This document shows positions 38,904 to 50,619 of a stretch of 64,000 bases of DNA, one piece after another (the first letter of the stretch is position 1; each line of letters begins with the position of its first letter). A program made the position numbers and the translations under genes. Under the pieces are notes generated by a model. The model ran no database searches, was not told where the DNA came from, and saw only the letters and a list, made by a program, of their open reading frames with translations. Location of the stretch: NCBI RefSeq assembly GCF_037042905.1, contig NC_087263.1, forward strand, positions 11,348,001 through 11,412,000, given 5' to 3'. The DNA is from Lytechinus pictus (lineage: Eukaryota).

Positions 38904-40125
38904 AGGCACAAACATCAGCTTGTCGAATAATAATAATCCAAGAAAACGCCGTCAACATAAATGACAGTTTGAACTTCATTCTGTTCATATTTTCTGAATG
39001 CCATCCATAGACATGTGTTACAATCCATTAAGTTAAGCGAATAAATAGAAAAACGAGAACTTCACTTTAATATTAACAATGAACAGTTAACAATTAGTTT
39101 GTTATTACAACATAATTTGAGAACATAACTTACATTATTTTACCTTTGTATCAAAATCTGCTGTTAATACACTATCTGAACATATCTACATTGAAATGGA
39201 ATAGAATAAATGATAAGAATAAAGAATCATCCTTGACTGTATAGTGTTTCATGTTATCACCATCTGTACTGCGGATGAATGAAGTTGATTTAAAGGAGTC
39301 ATATATACTGGTTTTAATATACTTTTTGCGAGTCAGAGAGCCTGGCAGGTCGTGTGAGTTAAAATGAAAAGTATGGAAGTATGAGCAAAACAGTATGAAA
39401 AAGTCAGAGAGTTTTGATGGGGACAAGTCTGGAGTAGAGCCTGAGATGTATAATCACACGTTGGATTACCAATAATTGTTGAAATAAGAGGCAGAGAGAG
39501 AGTCGGCTTTCACCTTTCCAATAGGATATCCCAAGTTCAATGACGCGCGTTGGACGTGCATGGGGTGATCGATTCGTGAACCGCGAGGCACTTGACATAT
39601 CTGCCGGTAGGCGGAGAAAGATAACTTTTTCAATAGGAAACTGTGTAGAGATCATACGTCTGTTTTGTGCATCGTATCCTTTACGTGACGATTGTGCCAC
39701 GGTGGTGCAATACCGATACGGTGCGATAAGGGTAATTCCCTGGAATGACATCACGGTGGTTGCGTCGCTAACACCATATCATGGTGACGTCATGCGAGGC
39801 ACTTGACATATCTACCGGTAGGCGGAAAAAGATAACTTTTTAAATAGGAAACTGCAAAGATGTCTTTTTGTGCATCGTATCATATGCTAAAAATACCCGT
39901 GCAACGTCGCTGCATCGTGTGATAAGGTCGACCGAAAGTCACCAATACGTGGCGATGACGGAACGGTGGTGCAATATCGATGGTGCAATAAGGGTAATTC
40001 TATGACATCACGGTGGTTGCATAACCGCGTCGTAATACCATTTCAAGTCTGGGTCAACCCATCGGGTCGTGTGGTCAAAGGCTGAACGGGGTAAAGGTCA
40101 TGTGGTCAAAGGCTGACCGGACTAA

Positions 40126-40577
40126 TAAGATGGCGTCCCCACGCGGAGTCATTATCCAATTAAAATCGCGTCCCCACGCGGAGTCATTATCCAATTAAAA
40201 TCGCGTCCCGCGCTTCATTATCCAATTAAGATGGCGTCCCCACGCGGAGTCATTATCCAATTAAAATCGCGTCCCGCGCTTCATTATCCAATTAAGATGG
40301 CGTCCCCGCGCTTCATTATCCAATTAAGATGGCGTCCCCGCGCTTCATTATCCAATTAAGATGGCGTCCCCACGCGGAGTCATTATCCAATTAAAATCAC
40401 GTCCCCGCGCTTCATTATCCAATTTCCTGTTTACCGCGTACCCAAAGGTCAAAGGTCATGATTGACCGGAAGGTGGGGTCACGGGGTCAGCAGTGACCGG
40501 AAGTTGGGGTCAAAGGTCATGCGGTCAAAGGTCAAAGGTCAAAGGTCAAGTGAGCCCAGGTCTAACCCATAACTACT
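40126..40577 (-). repeat. Right terminal TIR (copy 4) with nine subrepeats
   Basis: Nine ttatccaatt units versus five on the left, plus one extra 7-bp AAGGTCA unit. Confidence 0.9.
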
Positions 40578-41997
40578 TGCTTTATTCCGGTAAAACAGTT
40601 CTCGACATGTCTTCATGAATATTCAATAAGCAAACTGATGATGTCATATCAGTCCCCACTTGTTCTTTTGTAGTTTATTATAATTATGAAATTAGGTTTA
40701 TTCAAATTGTGTATTTCAAGAACCAAAATTATTGGAATAACAACTGATTAAGTGCATTAGATATGCATTGCTGCAACTTATATCATTACAAGGGAGACAA
40801 ATTATTCACACATGTATAAAAAAAAATTCACACATGTATAAAAAAAAAGGGGGGAAAGGACCAGATTTTATTGTTGATTCAGTTAATCCATTTACCACAA
40901 CTTTATATACAGAGTTAGAAGTTCGTTTACTGTGTATGAGTATGTATAACGTACCACAAGAAGCAAAATTTAATTAGGAATCTTGATTCCGTCATTTTTT
41001 GTAGTATTTTATTCACACAAATATAACAAATATGTGACGTTTCAATGCAGTCCCGTATTTAATGGCTGTCCCAAAGAGCTGGCTTTCGTATGCAAGCTTT
41101 GCAATTCCCCGGCCCCCATCTCCCTCCTTACTACGTCAAAAAAGGTGTTTTTCGGAGGTTAACATAGGAGTTCTTCAATTCTTGAGCACTACCTGGGTCC
41201 CGTTTCATAAAGACTTGTTATTGCACACTTTCTTTAACAAACCAACTATCATCCAATCAGACTGAAGGATTTCAGTAGCTTTTAACTGTTATTGCAAATT
41301 TGTTACAATAACACGTTTTATGCAACGCTCCCCTGGATTGTGATGAATCAGGACTTGTTTTTTTTTCTTATTTTCTCCTGATTTTGCTTTCTGCGTAAAT
41401 TACATGTATATAAAGGAAACAATGCTTTTAACAGTATTCATTTGGAGTGTCTGTATACCGTAATTACAAAATGCGGCAATTTATGGTAGTTCTGGAAGAA
41501 TAGCTGTTTGAGTACACAGTCCCAGCTTGTTACGTAATTGCAAACACGATAGTCTGCACCTTAAGTCGATATTAAACGTCGTTTCTCTTTCAAAAACATA
41601 AACTCCCAAAGACTGCCGATCACATTTATAAGTTGTTTTAAGACCTGAGAGACAAGCCATGCATATATCATTTATATTTATACAGTGATTTCATGTGCAT
41701 GCCATTACCCAAATAGTCCGCTCATATAGGTAGCTATTTTGGTTTTTCTATGAGATCTTCACTACTGGTCTGAAGTTGTTAGACTATCTCGCGGATTATG
41801 TCGGCTATATATTCTCGTTATCTTGCGAAATAATTCTAACTAGTTCAAAAGTTATCCAGTCCAGTTACCACTTTGCGAGGTATGCTAAATGTAAGATAGT
41901 TCATTCGAAAGCTACACGCCATTTTGATCGCAGCGATACTTTTGGTTCCTTCCAAAAAAAAATCTAGGCCTATTTAAAGTTAAACAGGTAACGAAAT

Positions 41998-44900
41998 ATG
42001 GCGGCAACAGAATCTGTCAGCTCAGCTGCAAACACGGGAGAAATTGATATTTTCCATCAATTCCTCGAATATAAGGGAGTAACCCTTATTGCGATGCAAA
42101 AGCCAGAAATATTGGAGGCTTTGCAGGACTGGGAGACGAAACCTGACGATGTGTATCTTGTTACCTATCCGAAATCGGGTAAGTGCTATCCTTTTATTTC
42201 AATCGTTTCATTATTTTTCTTATAATGATCATTATTGTTAGTAGTAGTAGAAGTAGTATTATTAATTATCATAAAGGTGTTGCGGCTTAGTAGATAAGTC
42301 TCCGGATTTTGATCCACAAGGTCCAGGGCTCGAGCCCCACCACTATAAGCACTCGTTCGCGTCATTGGGCAAGGCGTTTATCAACATCTGCCACTCTCCA
42401 TGGAGATGGAGTAAATGGGTACCCGGAAATATAAGGAAATTCCTTGAATTCCCGAGCATCCGATAAGGGCCGGTAGCCGTGCTAAAGCTGGGGTAATAAA
42501 TGTGCAGCGCTGAAACATTATAATGTTGCATATTATTACTTTATTCCATGGGCGGAAATCCCAGGGGGGACGTGTCCCCCCTACTCAAAATAGTAGGGGG
42601 GACACAATATCAAATGTCCCCCCTACTATTTTTTGTCTTTTATGATGGTAAGAAATACATCATTCTAAATCGAAATAAAACATGTATTTTGGGACGAGAT
42701 GACAATACTTTTGGGATGATAACCTTTTTTTTGCTTGTCAAATTTTCCCGCCCCTTGTCCCCATAGGCGGATCCAATATCCAATTCAATATGGAGCTCAA
42801 ATATCAAGTTTGGAAGTCAATATACAAAACATATTTCACCTCGGAAATCGAACTTTCATTATTTTTTGTGATTTACAAATTGATTTTTAAAAAGTGCTCT
42901 GTAAAAATATCAGTTTTATGGTCTGAAGAATTTTATCAACATTTGCTGCTTGCGCTGCGCGCTTCCAAATTTTCATTTATCAGGTACGTATTATTTTCGT
43001 GTATTCCATAAAGTTTTCAAAATATCCCTTTTCAGGTCTGATTGTCAAGACGTATCAGCTAGCGCTGCACGCTGTCATTTTGATTGGCGAGTTATGTATG
43101 TTTCAATATTGATTATACAACAAACTACTTAAAATCCCCTTTTCATGACAGTTTATCAAAAATTTTAGCTCGCGATTAGCGCTCGCATTAATGGTTAAAA
43201 ATATATTAACTGATGCATCCTATTCATATTTACAAAAGTGAAATGTCCAGTTTTTATGCCATAATATTGTAACACGCGGAAACTGATGTAGAAAGATGAC
43301 ACACGACACCATTCCTTGTGTTTCGGTTCGTTTAATACCGATGGATCGTTACATACAAAATTCCAAGTACAAGAACACAAGATAGAAAAAAACCCTGGCA
43401 ATCTGGCCTATAGAGGACCATATTTCCTCTGGTGAGAGCCTCACCCGCTACACGAATGTCATGTCAAATACCTTTAATTCTGACCCGAAAATGAAGAAGC
43501 CTCTCTGCCTGCCCCATGAATGGGGTGCAGTGCAGGAGTGAATTGGAGCAAAATCCTCTCTCCTTTTTATGCAGTTATCACTCTCCATTCACAGATGCTA
43601 AGCCTTGACCATAATTATCTACGTCATACAAGCTCATAGCTCTGGAATGTGATGTTTTGACCCAAAGACCATTCAGCATCACTCTTACCCAGAAAGAGTG
43701 TGAATCATACTTCTTCAAAAGCATGAAGATTGTTAAATATTTCTACTTTCTACTACTTCCTGTGCACTTCCTGTGAAGGCATCTATCACTTACAGACAAA
43801 TGATTAAGAGTTATGAAAATATATGAATTTCCATTAAACAGTTCATTTTGACCTGTTACAATATCATCAGATTTCGCGCCCTCATTAGGCATTAATAAAT
43901 ATGATATTAATTTAATAATTAAATTGTCCCTTTTGTTTCATCTCGCGCTTAGCAAGAGGAATAGGAAGATAGTCATCATTTTCATGACATGTCGTAAGGA
44001 TGCCCCGTTCCTATGTTGAATTATATAGCTATCCTGTTCACGATTACAAAAATGTTCAGCTCGCGCTTCGCGCTCGCATTTTTTGATTGTTGAAATATGT
44101 AACGCCTTCATGGCTAAGTGCAAGCAGTCCTTAACAGATACCTTTTCAACAGGTACCAGTTCAAAACGTATATACAAATTTTCTGCTCGCGCTCTGCGCT
44201 CGCATTATTAATACTCATCCTTTTTATGATTTACAAAACATGAATAGAATGTCTCGTTCAGTAAATATCATAGGATTAAATCTCGAAATTTTCCGCTCGC
44301 GCTTCGCGCTCGCATCAATTGTCTACTTATACACCTATTCTGCTTGAGTTACAAAAAATGCTTAGAATTTCCATTCTTTAGGTGAAAATGTCAACAACAA
44401 AAAATCAGCTCGCGCTCGCATTATTTGATTGTTAAATGCTAACTGCACGCAGTTTTTAACAGGTATCTTTTCCATCGGTTCATTTCTGCTCGCGCTTTGC
44501 GTTCGTAGTAATTATTAAGTTGCATACACATTTTTTCAGGATAACAAACATTGCCCAGAATGTTCAAATTTTAGGAAAAAATACATAACATTTCCAAAAA
44601 ATTAGCTCACGCTTCGCGCTCGCATCATATAATAAGGATATGATATTATTTATGAATTTATAAAAATAAAGCTAAGAAGTGACTAATGAGGACTACCCCT
44701 TCAAAGAAACAAACACAAATCATCTTCGAGATGCCGATCGGGGAAAATATGGCTGAAAAAAATTTCCGCCCCCCCCCCCTATTGGCGAAGGCTGGATCCA
44801 CCCCTGTGACCCCCCTACCTTTTGGGAGAGATTTCCGCCCCTGCTTTATTCATTACTATTATTACAATTATTGTTATTATTACATTCATTATTATCATCG

Positions 44901-47311
44901 TCATTATTATTATTATATTTAATATTGCCAGGGACACATTGGATCTTCGAGATCGTCTCCCTCATCAAGAACGATGTCGAGATCGAAAAGATCGACCGGA
45001 GACGTATGGTGTACGCCCTGGATCTCGCTCTCTCCCACAGCGCCGAGGGTCTCGCAACCATAACGCCTGGCCACGAGATGATGGCCAAGTGGGAATCCCC
45101 TCGTGTCATGAGCTCGCACATCCTTGAAGAGTTTGCGCCAGAACAGATCAAGAAATCATCGAAGGTACGTTCCTTGTAAAACAAGAAGGCAGGGACATTT
45201 GGAAGAGTTTACACCTTTGACCACTAATGAATCAAAGTGCTCTCTTTTGGTAACACATATTACTTATAACATCCTTTTCGATTTCACTTTTTTTTTTTCA
45301 TTATTTTGTATGTTATTGTTTTACATGATAATTTTCTAGTGCTTTGTCTAACCACCTCCCCTTGTAGGCCTATAATAAAACATCGCATTCTTACTTTAAC
45401 TTCAAATTAAATCTTTTCAATTCCATATGTTTGATGGAGGAAACCCCTTCCCCACTTCAAAAAAGCTCCAAATCCAAAGCGTTCAATAACGGCTGAGACC
45501 CCCCCCCCCCCCCCTCACTCTTTAGTCTTTTTCCTTGAATATCCTTTGTATCTACTCCCCCCCCCCCCCCCATGAAAAAAAAACATGCTAAAGATCATGT
45601 TAGGGCCTGGGTGTGCATACAATTTGACTGTCAAAAGACAAACAGGCCCGCCAGATAAAGAGGTTTTGATAAATTATTGACCATAATACAAACTTATTTT
45701 TCAAAAACCATTTTAGAAACGACGAAGAAGAGGATAAAAGAAAAACAAATATACATATGGTACACAATTTCAAGAAAAGACACTATGTCAACACAAATAG
45801 ACGTAACGATAAGAAGAGATTTAGATGGATCACGATATAAGTACATTGAGATGAAGAATATGACGATCAATATGAAGACAATCGAAATCAAAATAAAAAA
45901 GAACAAGAGGAATTAGATATTTGTATTTTTCTATTCATTCAAATATTTATTTATTCATATATTTATTTATTGACTTGCATTTCAGATTTGCCATGTTGCA
46001 GAATCCTTCCACATCGCAACTGCGAAAACTCCATGTAATCTTGCTCAAAACCTTCTGAATTATCCGTTTAAACCCATTCTATTTTTGTTTTCTTCTCCTT
46101 TTTAATCAGGTTATTTACTTTTCCAGAAACCCCAAGGACGTGTTTGTTTCATATTTCAAGTTTGTTGGTCCTACTCTCCCTGCCGAGATGGAAGGCATGA
46201 AGGGGTTTCTCCCATTTTTTCTTTCAGAGAAAAGTAAGTACACTTTTAAAATAGTTGGGCAAAAGATTCCCAACTTTTAACTTAATACCCTGGGCAACAT
46301 ACTGTCCACACAGCTATCGGTTAAAATCTGCCCAAATTGGGTAATAAAAACTAATAATTGGGTAATAAATTTGTTCAATTGGATAATAATCGCCCAGAAT
46401 ATAACCACCATGCATTACCCAACACAGTGGACAGCATGTGGAGCGTCGTGGCCCACTGGATTAGTCTCCGGACTTTGAAACAGAGGGTCGTGGGTTCGAA
46501 TCTCAGCCATGGCGTAGTTTCCTTCCGCAAGGAATTAATCCACAGTGTGCTGCACTCGACCCAGGTGAAGTAAATTGGTACCGGCAGGAAGTAATTCCTT
46601 TAAAAAAAAGTGTGTGCACCTGAGCTGGTAGCCTAGCTTAGTCGGTGTAATAATGGCAGGGCCCGCTGGGAGAACAGTTTTCGGAACTTAAATGGCTACC
46701 CCGGGTAAATATGCCGTTAGTATTATTATTATTATTATTATGTTGCCCAACATTTTAAGTGTGTATTCTTCAAGCGGTGACACGACATTTTTGCTCCTGC
46801 GTCTTTTGCTCCGGTATTAATTTTAGAGAGCATAGGGTTAGAGTTTGTAATTGTGGGGCTGTTGTGGTCTAGTGGTTATGAATCTCGTCTTTCAATCTAA
46901 GGGATGTGGGTTCGATTACCGGCCGTAGCGTGTTTTCCTTCAGCAAGAAATTTACCCATATTGTGCTGCTCTCAACCCAGGTGAGGTGAATGGGTACTGC
47001 TAAACTGTTATACCATTATATCTCTCCCCACTATCTGGGGGAGTTGGGGAGCTTCACACTCCTACCTCTTTTCCAAAACAGTGTGGAAAATGTAAAAAAA
47101 AATGATCATCTGGGCTCCGTAACAAAAAGGTTTGCAATCAATCGCTAAATACCAATGACCAATCAAGATCATCGTTACATGCGCACTCTGATTAAAATAC
47201 TGACCGGGAACCAATCAGTGCGGTTCTTTCAATTTGCAATTCATCGCAAACCTTGTGTTGCGGATCCCTGGTTGTGATGTTTTGTATGGCCAGCCTACGT
47301 TCCCCCCCCCC

Positions 47312-47343
<32 letters not shown>

Positions 47344-50300
47344 TATCATTATTATAAACACATTAAAGAAGATTCCTCGGGCCATGTCGGCTACTTAATC
47401 ATGTTAATACTCGTGTAATCGTGTATCCGCGTACTGTTTTCCCTTTTACTACTATTGCTACTTCTACTACTATATATACTACGACTGCCACAGCCGAAGA
47501 TAAAATGTTGATAAAAATAATTCCAATTATTGAACCATTATTGATCATCACTGTAAAAAAATGAAGTGCTGATTTAGCACTTACAGTGCTTGTATAGTGA
47601 ATGCACAACAAGGGCTAATTTTCTAGTTTAAATTTGAACTAGAAAATCAGCACTCGTAGTGCAGTCACTATACAAGCACTGTAAGTGCTTAATTTAGCAC
47701 TTCGTTTTCTACAGTGTAATCATTCCGCTGACGCTGCCATCGTTATCATTTCGTATTGGAGCTACAAAAAAATAACAATTCTTTTACTTTTCCTTCTTAT
47801 CAGTGTTCGGGGGAAGTTGGTTCCGTCATGTTAAAGGCTGGTTTGCACGGAAAGATGACCCCAACGTCCTTATATGTAAATACGAAGACTTCCACAAGGT
47901 AAGAATGGTGTAAAACTATAATTTTTTCAATAATGTCGGCATTTTCCCCTACATTGATTCCACAAGCTTATTATAACGGGAAATCCACTCTATAGTCAAA
48001 TCATTTCCAATTAAAAAAATATAACAAGGAGAGAAAATGTTTTAATGCAGCAAACACGAAACCCCATTAACATACGTCATTTGATAAGTGCATTCCATTT
48101 CTTCCCTCCTCTTCTCTGTTATGGTTCATTATGCTTGCGCATGCCCCCCCCCCCCTCCCTCACAGATTCGTGCGTGAAATCATGAGCCCGACGATCATTT
48201 GCTGTACGCATGTTATGACAATGTGCTGGGTGGGGTCGACCTCTTACTATGATGTCATACAATAAATTAATATCATAATTTTTGCTTTTGGCTCGAACTT
48301 TGCCAAATGTATCGGGTTTTATGTTTGGTCTTCACCGTGTAGCAATGCTAATTTGATGGCATGGCAGAGTTTCTTTAATGCAAAAGTCACATTAACCAAA
48401 ACTATGCTAATTCGTGTTGGCATCAGGCGATTACTTTATAAGGTCTAAAATAGACCAATAAGCAAGTTAAAGAAACGAAACCAGTATTTTCTCCAAACAT
48501 GTTTGTATATTGAACATTATAAATTACATATTTTACGATGAACATAATTCAAATCGAATTCCATAGAAGTATGTAATAATGATTATGAACTCCCTGCTAG
48601 AAAGAACAGTGTCTTACAGTGTGATCAGTGTGTTTACATAATGGACTATGTGAAAATGATATTCACACTGTTAAATGTTCAAAGTTAAAAGTGTGAAATA
48701 AATTTCGCACTGTAGCTCCCTCTATCGTGTGGATGTTCACAGTGTGATGACATAGTAGACTATGAATGTTAAATTGTGAATATGTGATTCACACTGTTGA
48801 AAAGTTCCAATTTATCAATGTAAAGGTGATTGCACATTGTGTTCCATACTGTGCGCACACTGTGGAACACAGTGTTCTTTCCCGTGTAGTCCAGTCAATT
48901 GTCTTTGAAAAATGTGCTGGTGAATGTTCCATAAAGCTGTTCACAAGCTACGAGCGACTGGTGACCTTTCGTTGGCGCTAGATCGACACAAATGAAGACC
49001 TGGTTTGTATCGTTTACCACAAGAAAGGATCACCAGTCATTCATAAAATCGCTCATAACTTGCCAGCAGCTTTATGGAACACCCACCCGGTTACATGGCC
49101 ACAGCGAACATAGTCACTGAAAATGTTTCAAATTATAGTCATTCGATTCGGTGCCCTCCCAGTCATCCAACTTCAGTTCTGTGAATTCTCGTGTTAAGTA
49201 TACACATCTATAACCATGACACTATTGATATGTTGTCTTTCTATAATCAAGGGATTTTTTAGGGAATATAAATAGTAAGTGGAATTGGATTGTTCTTCCC
49301 AATTTTCTATGTTGTAACTTTTATCATTAACTTTATTATTATTGTTATTATCAATAATATTTTGCATCATCATCCTCATTAGTCATTCGTTTTTATTATC
49401 GGCCTCAACTAATTAGAACTCTAAACTCCTGAAGGGAAGCCGTATTTCTTTGGAAAATGAAAGTGTTCCGCACTCTTCTCAAACGTTAATCTCCAGCTTT
49501 TGCTTTTTACATTGATATCTTTTAGGATTTGAGAGGCAGCATCAAGCGAGTTGCAGATTTCCTCGAGCGCCCTCTATCGGAGGAGAAACTCGATAAACTC
49601 GTTGAGCTAACTGAATTGAAGGGCATGCAGAAAACGTATCAACAAATCGAAGAGAATATGGGGGAAGAAGGCAAGTCGGTCACACGGCTGTTTGGGCAAC
49701 TGCCCTACTTACGAAAAGGTGAGACCCGCCAAATCAATTTAAAGTATTATTAAGTGTAGACTAGAGAGATTTTGTCAATATAAATTATGGCGAATCAATA
49801 AAAAAAAATCATATTTACCTTCGAACCAATATTTTTTTTTAAAGGGCAAAACAAAACAAGTGCACACCTCGTTACAATGAATTCGTATAGCATTTTCATT
49901 TGAATGCAGCATAAAAGAGCATTGTCGATTAAATGCCTTGCTCACGAACCTAGGTGCCGCGGCCCTATAATCGAACCCCGGACTTTCCATGTGTAGTCAG
50001 GCGCCTTAGACCACTCGGCCACGACACCTCCATCTTTGGAAAATAATGCCCCCCTTCCCCCTATTATAATATTCAACATCAACAACCAAAAAAAAAGAAG
50101 ATATTTTCTCAATACGGAATATTGGATGAGAACCATTTCCAACGTTATGCATCACGTCGTTAAAACCAAATCAAAATTATTGCACTTAATGATCAACATA
50201 ATCTCCGATATCTAAGCGTATGTAATGTTCTTCTTTTCTCTTTTTGTTTACATTTTTTCCCCCAATTTCTAGGGAAAGTGGGCAATTGGAAAGAGAATCT

Positions 50301-50385
50301 CACCGTGGCTCAAAACGAATATTTTGATCAGGTCTACAAACAAGCGATGGACGGGACAGATATTGAATTCGAATTCGAGTTGTAA
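41998..50385 (+). CDS. Cytosolic PAPS-dependent sulfotransferase (SULT family), complete, 312 aa, 6 coding exons
   Basis: Exons 41998-42178, 44932-45164, 46110-46233, 47804-47898, 49526-49718 and 50273-50385 (939 nt, GT-AG, phases consistent). Motifs TYPKSGTHW (5'-PSB), PRVMSSH (catalytic His), RNPKDVFVS (3'-PB), YEDF, RKGKVGNWK and KxxxTVxxxE. Confidence 0.93.
42546..44806. mobile_element. Composite non-autonomous DNA element(s) with dispersed gctcgcgcttcgcgctcgc motifs, in SULT intron 1
   Basis: Ends catgggcgga.../cataggcggatcc... and ...ggatccacccctg; the motif recurs about ten times; unrelated-looking sequence at ~43280-43800. Confidence 0.6.
46241..46763. mobile_element. CAC-ended MITE with TA flanks and a nested SINE (46438-46740)
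   Basis: CACTTTTAAAATAGTTGGGCAA ... TTGCCCAACATTTTAAGTGTG; the SINE interrupts gtggacagcatg|ttgccc, the mirror of gggcaacatactgtccac. Confidence 0.75.
47549..47716. mobile_element. Palindromic CACTG-ended MITE (same family as 9677-9844)
   Basis: Near-identical sequence. Confidence 0.85.
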
Positions 50386-50619
50386 AAGCATAAATATGCA
50401 TTTGCTATTTGGCGCGCTTTTATTTGATCTGTACACTGTTGCCGGTCATTCTTGTTCTCATACATCGCTTTCAGCAGTCCAGTACTTCGCTGGTCCAGAC
50501 CAGGCCGGGGCTTAGTCGTAAATATTTTAGTTTAAGAATGGCGCGGATAGCTCGCTCCATACCCTGGGATATTTTTGATGCTGCTTTCAGCATCAGACCA
50601 GCTATCTTGAAAGTATAAT

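Larger units (their letters stand above)
35496..39956. repeat. ~1.7-kb inverted repeat arms (35496-37178 versus ~38289-39956)
   Basis: Mirror-image ORFs in the track (36041/39172, 36479/38740, 35645/39540); a 16-bp indel at ~36003-36018 and a few substitutions. Confidence 0.95.
34436..40577. mobile_element. Non-autonomous Polinton/Maverick-type element with fold-back structure (6,142 bp)
   Basis: Termini AGTAGTTATGGGTTAG.../...CTAACCCATAACTACT; 6-bp TSD TGCTTT at 34430-34435 and 40578-40583; TIRs of several hundred bp; CpG-rich relative to the flanks; no pPolB, integrase, ATPase or capsid ORF in the track. Confidence 0.85.
34306..40860 (+). mobile_element. Older TTAA-type MITE split by the Polinton-like insertion
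   Basis: 34306-34435 joined to 40584-~40860 aligns by eye to the intact family member at 54497-55043. Confidence 0.7.

Noticed and set aside
34436..40577. LTR retrotransposon or DIRS interpretation of the direct TIR repeats
   Set aside because: No TG...CA ends, PBS/PPT, RT or tyrosine recombinase; the outermost ends are inverted with a 6-bp TSD.
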